Source: Lytechinus pictus
Lineage: Eukaryota
Assembly (NCBI RefSeq): GCF_037042905.1
Contig: NC_087249.1
Span: forward strand, 9,612,001 to 9,676,000
Direction: 5' to 3'
DNA: 64,000 nt
Part shown: positions 11,488 through 24,052 of the stretch, in pieces
Layout: each line of letters starts with the position of its first letter
How positions within the stretch are numbered: the stretch's first letter is position 1
Made by a program: the position numbers and the translations under genes
The notes under the pieces: generated by a model
Database searches by the model: none
Told to the model about the DNA's origin: nothing
The model's input: the letters and a program-made list of their open reading frames with translations, nothing else

Positions 11488-13651
11488 CTAATAAAAGAAT
11501 GAAAAGAAGAGTGAAAGATATGAAAAAAATATTAAATTGCAACATAACTGAATTTCTGTTATTGTGACAATGTGATCCATTAGACTTAGATTGTTATTCA
11601 TCTGTAAAAAAATGTATTTTATTATATCTTTTCAATAAGTATAAATATTATCATTGATCACATTTTTACTATTCATGCCTTTATTCAAAATTATGAGCCT
11701 GTTTTGCTTACGGATTACCAGCTTTGATGCAAGGTTTTCCTTATGATATCAATAACATCCTAATACTATTAGGGGAGATCAGTGAAACCAGGGAACTCCC
11801 TGGTGAAACCTAACCCATGCTGTTAGAGCACTTAAATGGCCTATGATAACAGAGGGGAAGCCCCTGGGGTTTAAGGACAAACCCTTTGTAGCTGGGCCGA
11901 CAGCTTAAACATCTCTAAAATACCGCAAAGATTTGCACACCAAGCACATTGAGTTGTTTATTTTAGCTGTCTAGAAATTAGAATAAGAATTTCAATTATT
12001 TGATTTGTGACGTTGTAAGCGAGCAGCTTTCCCACACATATGATAATGAAATGCCATTATCTCAGAAAAAGAAAAAAAGTCATCATAAATCATTGAAAAA
12101 TTGAAATTTATGCATTTTATATTCCATAACATATTGGGCAGCTGCTCATATAAGTTGCAAATCAAAATCTTAAACCCTTCAATATTTTTCATTATTTTTT
12201 TTTGCGATTTTCATATCAAATTTTTTCGTCAGGATGAACTTTCTGTTTATACGCAACCATGGTTTCATCTCATATCAATCTCAAAAGTTATCAAGGAGAT
12301 AGCTAGACCAACAGGAAATGTAATATAACTGCTCTATTTGATAAATCAGGGGAATATTTATCAACAATTAATTGTTGGACAATTTTCCTTGATTTTGATT
12401 GGTTGAGAAGCACCGTTTCTATGGAAACCGTCAAATAAAACAGGACCTGTCAGATAAAACATGTATGTCGTTTGATGAAACGCTCCTCTTCTTGTTACTG
12501 AGAAAAAGTTTTTTTTCTTATTTTATTTTTAGACATTGAAAGCAATACTAAAATGAGGTGCTTTAAAAGGAATAGAAGTGAAAAATGATAGAAATACTAC
12601 AGTAAGAGTTTGAGAAAACTCAGATTAAAAAAGTGCAGAACTTCTGGGATCTTCAAGACTGAAGATCTCCATTCCCTTCCATTAGTGCACTATTATAGCT
12701 TGCATTGCTTTGTTATGCTTTGTTCATTGGTGTCTTCACTTTTGTCAAACAAGCCTACATATATCTGATTCTCTATGAAAAGCAGACTGAAATATCTACA
12801 TAACCAAAAAATCCCCCCAAAATGCCCCAACAGTTTACAATCTTGCCTCACTTTATAGTTTGCTCTTAAAGCCTTCAATGTTCCAGGCATTCTCATACCA
12901 TGGATAACAAGGTAGAAAAGGGGAAGTTGTAGAGTTGCCTCGGAACTTTAGAAGACTTTCAATCAAGTAGTTAGACTGTTGTTGGAAAAATATTTAAGGA
13001 AATATGAAAATATCAGACTTTCAGGTGAACTATTTTTGTTCAGTTTGGGTCTTATTGATCACATTTTAATTCCTAAACTTTCTCATTTCTGAAATTGATA
13101 TAAACTGCTCCAACTTCCGCTGAAGTGTAATTCATTATTGCTACAATTTGATAGGCATTTTCAATGTCGGCTTTGTCAAATGTTTTATAATTGAGAAAAT
13201 AAGGCATCCAATTTTTTTCCCCAACATATCCCACCAAGTGTACTTGTAATGCCTACGATCACAACCAAAGCCTGCCGATAAATTGCTTTAAAATACTCTT
13301 AAGTTCAAGTGCCCAACTGCTTAGCAAGTGTCGAATAACAATACTCGGGTCACGAACACGGCAGGTTTTATAAGTGTCGGGCATGTCGCATATGCTGCGT
13401 TAGAACAACATTCATGTTTGCCAACCACCTGGCCCAATGTTTATTGAAACAATACAAGAGTGCGGAATTAAAGACAGGAAGATATGGATGTGAATTTGAC
13501 ACAAGGAAATTGGAAGACATTTGGAAAGTTTTGGTGTGGGATAACTGGTTTAATTTTTTCATGCTGGTATACTCAGATGAAAGGGGGATAACAAGGGGAC
13601 TAGAATTATAACGAGAGAAAGATGAAATATACAGATATATACAGGGACATA

Positions 13652-13933
<282 letters not shown>

Positions 13934-15747
13934 AGTCATGCATATCTTAAAAATAGCTTTAGTGCAAATCTACCCCAGCCCCCATAAATAAAATGTTCAA
14001 TGTTGTTTGTCTTATGCAGATATAACATTGGTTCAATAAAACTAGATGGAAAAAGTAGATAGGACTTTTCCCTTTATCTTTTTCAACTCACTTCAACTTA
14101 AAGTTCTAATAATACTGAATGTTAGTTTTTCATCAACTTTATGATCTTGAAGAAAGCCGAGCATGGTCTTAAAATAAACAAGAAACACAAATGGACCATA
14201 AAATTCAACTCCCACTACTTTTTCTTTCAAATGATCCAGTAATTGAAGGGGGGGGGGGGCTATAAACGTTTGACAGCAAGGAGTTTGAAAATATGTGCAA
14301 TGACAATTAAAGATATGTTTGCCTCTGATGATAGATAAGCCGTGTACGGAGAGCAGTGAAGGTATGTTTTATGTATCTATGATATCATATTGTTTGACGA
14401 GCATTAGTGTCACTTGTATTTACAGGTATGAATTTCCATCTTGATTTGTTGCTACACAACAATTTGTCAACAATATCTATTTCGGTCCCTTTTGCCTGGA
14501 GGTATGTCAGACCTGTCTCCTTCGATTCTTGTCAATTTCTGTTCCTTTCAAGATCACCATTCACCTCTGTCTCTTTTTATCATCTGTTACTCTTTTCTAT
14601 TTCTGTTTCAGATTTTTACAACTTAATTATAATTGCATTGCTTTCCATCTATCATCCAATGTCTTTAACAATCTCATGCTCTTACATTTGCAATAATCAG
14701 TGTTCAATATCATTTTGATTACATTTCCACCTATCTCTTTTTTGATGAAAAGTTATCATTTCTTTATAACTTTTTTGTATGTTAATATTAAAAATCATCA
14801 AGATTGAAGATTTAGCATTTTCTGTTTTTACCATTTCTTTATAACCCTATATTTTCACCTCTTCCTCTTCAGCAACACAGGCCCTACAGGCTTCTTCTTT
14901 AACCCCCCCCCCCCCTCCATCCCTTTACCTTTCACCCTGCCCCCCTTCCTCCCTCCCATTCAATCTTTCCCTCTATCTCTCTCTCTTTCTCTCAGTAATT
15001 CTAGTTTGTACCTTATTTCTTTTAGCTTCTATTTACCCCTCAATTTCTCTCAACTTGACTAAACTTGTTTCCCTTCTCTACACAGTATTCAACTTATCCA
15101 TCCAACATTCTAAGACCCCCCTCCCTAAAATTAGATCCCTATTAAAAGTCTTTTTGACTGTGTTCCATTCTCATCTATCAACAATCAGCTAGAGTATACA
15201 TACCAAGAGGGAGAACTTTAGGATTGTTTTGGTTGATTTTCCTCTTTTAGTGTAATGGTTTCGATGAGTGAGGTAGGTCCTATCATATCAAATTGTAGAG
15301 GACATGTTTTCTGTTGCAAGACTACCTGTTTTGATCAATCTAACTTCCTTTTGATAGGTAGAAAGATTATGTTTTTCTTTCTACAGCTGCAGATGGTTTA
15401 TAAAATGACATGACAACATTCTTTAAAATATGGTGTTGAAAATGCAGGCCAGAATTAGAGCGTTGAGTTTTGAATATTGAATTATGTAGTGACTGACTGA
15501 GTGAACCATTAAAAAAGCAATTACCTGGTGAGTTGAATATAAAAAAATGAATAAATAACAAATAAATCAGCTATCAATGAATTGATAAAATATGCTAATT
15601 TGCATATTGATGACCCCATGAATATCCATGCATGTGAATACAAATTATTATTGTTATTATTGATATAAATTACACAGCAATATTAAGTTAAGACCTTTAA
15701 GAACCAAAGTGTTTTAAGCTTTTCATTTTCTATTCTGAATATGTTGC

Positions 15748-16103
15748 AGCTGTCAAAATTTCAAATAGGTTTTGAAAAATGCCAACAACCGAAAACTCAA
15801 TAAAAGCCTGTATCCGAATCTTTACGATACCAATAAAAAAACAACATGAAAACTTTGGAGAAAAAAAACCCCATCAAAAAATGCCATCAAGGAATGATGC
15901 TCATGCCTGTAAAAAACAAAATATAAGCTGTCAAAATTTCAAATAGGTTTTGAAAAATGCCAACAACCGAAAACTCAATAAAAGCCTGTATCCGAATCTT
16001 TACGATACCAATAAAAAAAAAACATGAAAACTTTGGAGAAAAAAAACCCCATCAAAAAATGCCATCAAGGAATGATGCTCATGCCTGTAAAAAACAAAAT
16101 ATA
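15748..16103. repeat. Near-perfect 178-bp tandem duplication
   Basis: AGCTGTCAAAATTTCAAATAGG... starts at 15748 and 15926; I see one difference, in an A-run. Confidence 0.93.
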
Positions 16104-16276
16104 AAAACTCCCGGAAAGAAGTTTGATTACATTTGTTCGCACCCTTAATCCAAAATCATCGAATTTTTATTTTGAAGTGTCATGCTCCTAAATACCGAAG
16201 CATCATTTCTCTGAAAACGGTAAATAAATCACAAAAATTTATGAATGTTGAAAAAGTAAGAAGATCTGTTCATTAC

Positions 16277-16337
16277 CTTGCCTTCTACAGTGATCCTGAA
16301 CTCCATGAGTCTGAAGTTCATTTGTTTGATTTTTGAC
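16277..16337 (-). CDS. EPB41L4A: FERM gene exon 7: (W)SKIKQMNFRLMEFRITVEGK
   Basis: TTACAG acceptor, AAG|GTAATG donor, 61 nt, phase 2-0; FERM F3 'W.kI.k..F...F' pattern. Confidence 0.92.
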
Positions 16338-16702
16338 CTGTAAAATGGAAGGAAAAGAAGAAAAATTCGGAACAGGTAAAGGAAAATAGAATACTAGTCT
16401 CCAAGCTCAGACTCAAAACTGACAATTTAACAATTATACCATGTCTAGAATAAAGACTAGACTCAAAACTCTTTGTCTATGTAAGTCCATGTAAGAAAGA
16501 GGCAGCAACAATACGTGAACCTAGTCTCACTGCTCCAGACTCTGCAATATGCACTATGCGAATTGCAAAAAAAAAGAGAAAAACAAAGGTCTGTATCTTC
16601 ATACTAATGGAATGCTAAGACAAAATAATAAACAATGAATGAAAGCATATGAGAAAAAGGAAATAAGACTTTAAGGATTGATTTGTTTTCTTTGATACAC
16701 AA

Positions 16703-17423
16703 TTTATTTATTTATTTATTTATTTATTTCAAATATTTAAAAGAAGGGTAGCTCAATCAGCAACAAGCTGGTTTTCGTTGAGGCCCTTCGTAAACAAACA
16801 CAAATATAAAACATGGTAACATATTCAAATATAAACAAAGAATAGAGCATAAATACTAATATTGAAAAAAAAAATGAAATGAAATAAGCATAATTAACTA
16901 TGGAAAATAACAGAACAAATAAAATATGATACTGTACAGATGTTACCTAAAACTAAACGAAAACATTATATACACATGAAAAGAGATAAAATATGTACAA
17001 AATGAGGAGAAAGAATAAAATAGATTCCACCATTAGTCCCTATTACATATTAAAGGTTTTTTCCCATTTAGCCATTTCCCGTTTGAACTGTTAAATGTTT
17101 TCTATGAATCGGAGGTGTTCGGGTAGTTTATTCCAATGTAATGGGCCTGTGACAAAAAATGATTTCTGATAAAAGGTTGTACGAGCATATGGCACCCTGA
17201 TTATCATCTTATTTGTGCTTCTAGTTGTTCGGGAGGATATTTTCTCTATATAAATAAACTTATCACAAAGCACCTGGGGAGCAGCTTCATGTAAACATTT
17301 ATGAACCATTAAGCGAGATGCTCTAAAAAAGACATTGCGTATTTTGGGCCAGGATAATATTTCGAAAATTTGTTCAGATGGAGTTTCCCAAGAGAAGTTA
17401 GATACCATGTATGCTGCCCACAA
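16703..17423 (-). mobile_element. 3' end of a 5'-truncated L2/CR1-group LINE
   Basis: ORF2 C-terminal motif (HKCLH..AP..L...SSRTTRS...RT..YQKSF...GP..WN.LP..LR), AT-rich 3' UTR, GGGCCTC...CAG..CTG...GCTACCCT stem-loop and (TAAA)n tail. Confidence 0.85.
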
Positions 17424-17769
17424 TTGTAGAAATGATAAAGTGGATGGATAGAAGGGATCTTGCTAATCGAATTACATATAAAGGTATATATTTCTATAAG
17501 TCCTCTCAATTCAACTTTTCAAATTTCAAAATTCAAATTTAAATGTTTGATTTATTTCAAACAGAACATAAAGCATAATACAATTTTATGTCATACATTT
17601 ATAATTACACACAATAATATATAAATATAAAGTTTACATAACAAACTTTACTCCACTTATTATGACTCTGCTGATAGTTGTGCTGCTGCATCCCCCATCC
17701 CTCCCTTACACTTGGCTCAGTTATTTGTATGTTCTTCATCTTCTAAACCCCACAAATCTCTCTGCACCG

Positions 17770-18400
17770 TACTGCTCTACAAAGCAGTTGCAAAGTACCA
17801 TTCTCTTCTTGTTATGGAAGATGACCACACCCTTGGGCGTGGCCCCTAAGAAGTACTCTATGATAACCCCTTTCTACCAAATTTCACAGGTGATCCTCCA
17901 TTAACTCTATATTCCACCTACAACCCTACTAAAAATGCATTGCTCTACTTACCAGTTGTAATTGCCACTCTCTCCTTTTTATGATACATGACAACACCCT
18001 TGGGCGTGGCCCCTAAGAAGTACTCTATAATGACCCCTTTCTACCAAATTTCACAGGTGATCCTCCATTAACTCTATATGCCACCTACAACCCTACTAAA
18101 AATGCATTGCTCTACTTACCAGTTGTAATCGCCACTCTCTCCTTGTTATGATACATGACCACACCCTTGGGCGTGGCCCCCTAAGAAGTACTCTATAATA
18201 ACCCCTTTCTACCAAATGTCACAGGTGATCCTCCATTAATACTCCATATTCAACCCCATGGCCCTACAAACACCGCATTGCTCTACTTACCAGTTATATA
18301 ACGCCACCTTCTTCTTGTTATGGTAGATGACCACACCCTTGGGCGTGGTCCCCAGGAAGTACTCTATATGGTCCATGCCTACCACTTGACATAGGTCCAC
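17770..18400 (-). repeat. Tandem array of four ~167-171-bp units; the unit is the 3' part of exon 6 plus its donor and adjacent intron
   Basis: CACCCTTGGGCGTGG..CCC...GAAGTACTCTA occurs four times; donor-equivalent positions at 18285-18290, 18114-18119, 17947-17952 and 17779-17784. Confidence 0.92.
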
Positions 18401-18467
18401 ACCATACATCTCTAGCCGCTTCACCCTGTCCAGGAATCCCATCTCTGCTTTGGCTGGTTGCAGACCC
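18291..18467 (-). CDS. EPB41L4A: FERM gene exon 6: (R)GLQPAKAEMGFLDRVKRLEMYGVDLCQVVGMDHIEYFLGTTPKGVVIYHNKKKVALYN(W)
   Basis: TTTCAG acceptor, GTAAGT donor, 177 nt, phase 2-2; LEMYGVD motif at the F2/F3 boundary. Confidence 0.97.
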
Positions 18468-19088
18468 CTGAAATAGATAGGGAAATGTAAAATTAGAAGA
18501 TTATTTTTGTTGTTCTGTATAACTTTGTGGAAACATCATGATCTTACACTAAAAAAAAAACCTCCCAAAATCAAGGTATAATTGCCAATGTAATTAATAA
18601 ACATAATTAATAATAATTCAATACAATGTTTCTAAGTGCTGCATACTATTATCCTGGCTTTAGCACGGCTTGAGCATTCAAGGAATTTCTTCCTACCATT
18701 TTAATACACCTGGGTGGAGAGTGGCAAATGTAGATTAACACCTTGCCACAGGACGCGAGTGCTGTGGTGGGATTCGGTCCTGTATAGATGTTCTGAATTG
18801 ATCAACAAGCCTGATACTTATCTGGCGCCCATGGCAGAAAGATTAATGCTTAAAGGCAACTCTTAAAAAAAAAATCAAACTCAAGTCCTGAAGGGTGGTT
18901 GAAAATCAAATTGTGATTGATTATTGAAGTTACGTTTGATTGCAACGCTTTTTGGAAACAGGCCTTTAGGCTATGTGAGGTAGCATGAATGAAAAGGGTA
19001 TATTTTTAATCTACATTTTGATGAGCGGTGATGACAAAACAAATATACAAAAATAATAGTATTTTAGGCTGAAATCAAGAGAGGATAT

Positions 19089-19516
19089 GACACCATTCTC
19101 ATTGCAATCCTAAAAACTAGTTTACTGGAAACTGGTTTAGAAACCCAGTTGGAAGATCGCTTTGCTAGCGTTCCCATTTGATCACCTGAAAGTGGTTTTT
19201 AAAACCACTTCACTGCAGCTTCACAGAAAGCGATCTTGCTGCTATGGGTACGCTTTCAGTTTCGCATGAAATTTGAAACCACAGTGTAGGCATTCTACAC
19301 AAAACATGTGCGAGGATCACTTCCCGAAGAACGGTTGTGTCCTCACTTACTCTAAAACCACTTTAATACGGCAAAGTAATTTTGAAAACTCCATCGCGAG
19401 GTGGTTTTTCCAAACCGTTTTGGAAGATTGCTTCCAAGACAGCTGCGACAGCTCTCATTACACATGAAACTAGTTTCCAGTAAACTAGTTCTAGGATGGA
19501 AATGAAAACGGGTTCT
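19089..19516. mobile_element. Second copy of the 4011-4439 MITE, about 33 nt from the exon 5 donor
   Basis: Reverse-complement similarity along its length; ACTAGTTTACTGGAAAC / GTTTCCAGTAAACTAGT TIR core. Confidence 0.78.
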
Positions 19517-19549
19517 AAGATTTCAGATATTTAGCAGCGTGGATCTTAC

Positions 19550-19670
19550 CTGAGTTTCTGATGATGTTCTGAGATAGCTTTTTCAAGTTCTTCCGTCTGA
19601 TTCGGTACAAAGCGGAACTCAGATACATAGCCCTCTGGGTGGAGCTCTCTGTCGTAATCTCCTAATTCAG
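19550..19670 (-). CDS. EPB41L4A: FERM gene exon 5: (S)[39 protein letters not shown]
   Basis: Pyrimidine tract + GCAG acceptor, GTAAGA donor, 121 nt, phase 1-2; FERM F2 SELGDYD motif; follows an 18.4-kb intron. Confidence 0.97.
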
Positions 19671-20207
19671 CTGCGAAAGAGAAAGAAAGAGGAGATAATT
19701 CAATCATTGATATTGATCAAGGAAACATAAAAACAAATTGATAGCCCAAAATTGCTATTTTTCTTTGTCTATCAAAAATGAATAAATAGGGTAAGAGTGA
19801 TCATTTCCAAGAATCATCATCTCATTATACAAGATCCAAATTTGTGGCAACTGTCTTCATGAAATAAATGTAAATGTACTTTTGCTAAAGAAAAGGGAGG
19901 AGTCCATGACATATTGGAATAACTTTATTGTCCGAAAATGGAGTATTGGTCAATCAAAATAAGGACTACTGTAACAGTTGTATGCGTGGAAATTAGAAAA
20001 TAATAATCAAACATAGTATGACTGTATGACATCTACTTGTAGTATGGGGAGCCTTCCATGAAAGGACTTGTCGGACGTTTTATCCGACAAGTCCTGTTTT
20101 ATCCAACAGTTACCATAGGAACAGTGCCTCTCACAGCCAATCAAAATCAAGGGAAGATCTGACAACTTGTCAGACAAAAATGTTGATGAGACGCTCACCT
20201 GATTTAT

Positions 20208-20362
20208 CAGGGGCCGCGGAAGCGGGGGGGGGGGGGGGGGCTGGGGTGCTGAAGCCCCCCCATTTTTTTCCAAAACCGTGTACAAAAACGTAAAAATGAC
20301 CATAGGATTGTGATATTTTGCATGGTCAGCCCCCCACTTTGAAAACCGTTCCGCGGCCCCTG
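20208..20362. mobile_element. 155-bp G/C-tract element, TIR CAGGGGCCGCGGAA, apparent 5-bp TSD TTTAT
   Basis: TTTAT|CAGGGGCCGCGGAA...TTCCGCGGCCCCTG|TTTAT. Confidence 0.8.
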
Positions 20363-22466
20363 TTTATAAAAAACGAAAAACAACTAATATAGAATGAACT
20401 GATTTGATTGGTCTACTGTAATTATTTCAAAAAGGATGAAAATCCAATAAAATGCTTTAAACTAAGATGGCTTTCACACTTTACCGAAATGTACCACCTG
20501 GGAGGGGGTGTTTCACAAAAAGTTAAGAATGACTTAGAGTCGGACTGAAATACGATGCGCAATCTTCTTGATCAATATGCAGTAGTGCGTGTCCTCTTAG
20601 CATGATCTGGCCAATGAAGTCATGCCTTTTATGCCACGCGCAAGGACTCTAATGGGGCAATGCAAGAAACTTGTAATCAATTGAAAGTCTATTTTTAGTT
20701 GCTAAATCAATCATAAGTTTTGAAATTAATTGCAAATTTGAGATTGATTGCTAATCTGCTTCTTGAAACAAACAATGTAATCTGATTTGCTATGGTTAAA
20801 ATTGATCGATCAATTGTAAAACTGCAACAGAATATTTGCAATTGATTGCAAATATTTTCTTACAAAACCCTGTAAAATCATACTTAAATCTTTGTGAAAC
20901 ATCCCCCAGGTAACTTATTGGCGCTTCTAAACACTTTTTTTTTGGGGGGGGGGGGTATTCAGCGCATAATATCACAATTCAACATGAAGTAAAAATCAGA
21001 AACTTCTAGTACTACGCATATTCTAAGATGCAAGTCAAGAAGTGATGACCTTTGATCAAGCTATTAGTCATAAGAAAAGAGTTATATTTAATGAGGATTG
21101 TATTGAACATAGGAATATTTATGATACCCATGATATTATAAACCAAACAAAATAAATATGCCAGAGGGGAAAAAACCTTCTCTCAGACTGGATACAGTCT
21201 ACCTCATACAAGTGCATTCCCACCAGATATTTCAAAATCTTGGCATTTTTATCTCTGAAAGACTCTGATGAAATCGATACATTGGATTTAACACTTGTCC
21301 CTTGCTTGTACAATGCACAACAATTGCCTACATCTATTAAGCCACCATCAAAATAAAACAATGCATATTTACTTTATGTATTTGATCCCACGCTATACAT
21401 GCAGAGGACTTCGCCCAGATTAAGTCCACAGAATATTTTATCTGATTAAAAACTTGTATCCGTAGGGAGTGATACACAAACAAATGCAACCGCAAACCCA
21501 ATCACATTTCAAGATAAATACCAGTTGTGTTAACGATCTCAAATGAGTTCGAACAGAATCCAATAAAATTACCAGCAAAGTGTTTGTGTGTATAAATCAA
21601 ATTTGTGTGCCAAATAGCTCTGGAAGAAAATGCGTAATTGCTGAGAAATGAGCTTAATAAGCATGAAATTCCATCAAATGTCAGGTATTTTTTCAAAGCA
21701 ATATTAATACCCTTTCCCACTTATGCTTTTTTGCCTTAGTGATCATCAGAATTACCGATTTTGAGCTAAGATTTCATGATTTTACAAAGATAAGTTTACA
21801 TTAAATACCAGATCTAGATGCATGATAATAGTTTGACAATTAACCTTGATTTAAAAGACTTTCTCATGAAATAATTGTTTGCTGCAACTTCTGTCTTTTA
21901 TCTTAAATAATTGGGCTAAAGAAAAAAGGATGGTAGATAATTTTAATAATAGTTGCACTTAAATGAATTTGCAGTAAGTAGGTCCGAGTCATCCCATTTT
22001 TTTTTTTTTTTTGGGGGGGGGGGGAGGGTTGACTGGTGACCGCCCAGGCCTACATGTATTTTTCCAGTGGACTGCCCAGTTCGAGGCAGGCTTTAGCAGT
22101 AATACATGTAAAGAGTTGTTGGTGTTCAATGGTAAATTGCCAATTCGTCCACTACCAACTCGTCCACTAACCACATGGTCTACCTTCATTTAATCTAATG
22201 CCATTCCGTCCATTTGTTTTCATTCGTTTTGCCCAAATAACACTTAGTCTAATTAGACCAAATGGTATATAGACTAAATGGCTATTGGACCAACTGGTCA
22301 TTTAGATGGAATGGTGAGTGGACGAAATGACACAAACTGATGTTAGACCAAATGATGTTAGACCAAATGATGGTAGACGAGTTGGCAATTGGATGAATTG
22401 GCATTGGACCCAATGGAAATAAACCAATGTTATAATCCCCATTTCATCAAAACAAACACTTGACTA

Positions 22467-22859
22467 ATACCCCTTTCATAAACCCAATAAAACACAATTA
22501 TGCGGCTAATAGCAGCATAATTTGGTCGTAAAATCAGAGGAGGACAAGAGTTATCCGCATTATTCTGATGCTGCTATTATCCGCATAATAGCGGCATCGG
22601 GACAAGATTTTGAGTTTATGAACGTATTTCCAAATAATGCGGATAATTGCCATGGTGCGGTCACAAGGTCACCCTTTTCCAACACAACCGCATTGGAGGG
22701 GGCGTGTCCAGTTGTCATGACGATTATCCGCCTTTTTCAGGACGGGCGCTCGTAAAAATAATTTATGGAGTTTGTGAACGCAATTTTTATTGAATTATCC
22801 GCATTACTCTTAGGCGGCTAATTGGAGGATATGTTTTATTGGGTTTATGAAAGGGGTAT
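22467..22859. mobile_element. MITE with a 28-bp perfect TIR ATACCCCTTTCATAAACCCAATAAAACA
   Basis: Perfect inverted match at both ends; internal TTATCCGC repeats. Confidence 0.8.
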
Positions 22860-24052
22860 CATTGTACCAATACATGAACCAATTTTCCACCATATTAAAA
22901 AAACGTCCTTTCCCAACCATTATGGCAAGGTGGGAACATCAACAATCAAATTAAATTATGTTTCACAAATACTCTGATATACAGTAGAGTAAATAAATCA
23001 GAAAACTTGTTCATAGATGTATTTCAAGGTTGACAATCTACATGTATATAATATGTTTCTGATTAAATCACATTTTTGCTACTAAAAGTACTAAAATTAG
23101 ATACATGTAAATACTGAGTTATAGTAATAGAGACCAGGCACACATTGTTTAAATAGACATCCTCTACATCTCTTTATGCATTGAAATTTTCTTGGCTAAT
23201 TTCATGCACTGATACTGTATTATCAGCGGCTTGTTATAATCACTCGGGTCGCGTTCGCGTTCGAAATCACTCGGGTCGCGTTCGAAATCACTCGGGTTTT
23301 GGATTTTTGGCGATTTTTTTTTATTTCGATGCGATTTTTTTTTCTAACGGTGTCTTCAATGGGACAAACACGCTGGGAAAATAAAATGAAATTCAAATTC
23401 TAGTTCCGTTTTAAGCCGGCAAGTACCTTAAAAAAAAGGCACTCGCCTACTGCTTAACATAACAAACAAGCAAATCAGCCATGTGGCTCAACTATCCTAG
23501 AATACATCCAGACTTTTACTGTTTTTATACGAGGACTCCGAGTCGGAACTTGCCATATCTGCCACGTCGATATTACATCGTCATTCCCATGTACGGACAT
23601 GTATGCCTGCATGCAATGGCCCCAAGGCGGGACCCGGCCACGGTCGGACACGGCGTGCATCGGTAGCATGGAGCAAGGTAACGTGAGTCCAGCCGAGTTA
23701 GATCCCATGTTACAGTGCCAGTCAGTCTGCAGCTCGTCCGAAAGTATTTTATTCAGCGGTATGCATAGCAAGCCATCCGTGGTTTAATGCATGTATACGC
23801 AGTTAGACCAAAAGCTTCGGTCTCCAGTCTGTAATGTTCGTTGTTCCGCTAAACTCCATTAGCTCCACTCACCAATACAGAGACCGAAGTTCTAGCTCGA
23901 TCTGTACAGGGACTCAATGGCCATATGTTTATGCATTAAGTTCCAATAAAACGGGGAAGTGAAGTTGCGCGACAGCCGAAGCAATTAGTTACTGTTTTTC
24001 CCTTTTAAGTTTATTTTCTCTTTTTTTGGTGCATTTTAGGACAAAACGGAAT

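Noticed and set aside
17770..18400. CRISPR-like reading of regularly spaced repeats (also 52141-53120 and the 15-bp motif array)
   Set aside because: Sequences between the conserved blocks are themselves repeated or irregularly spaced, there are no cas genes, and the context is eukaryotic.
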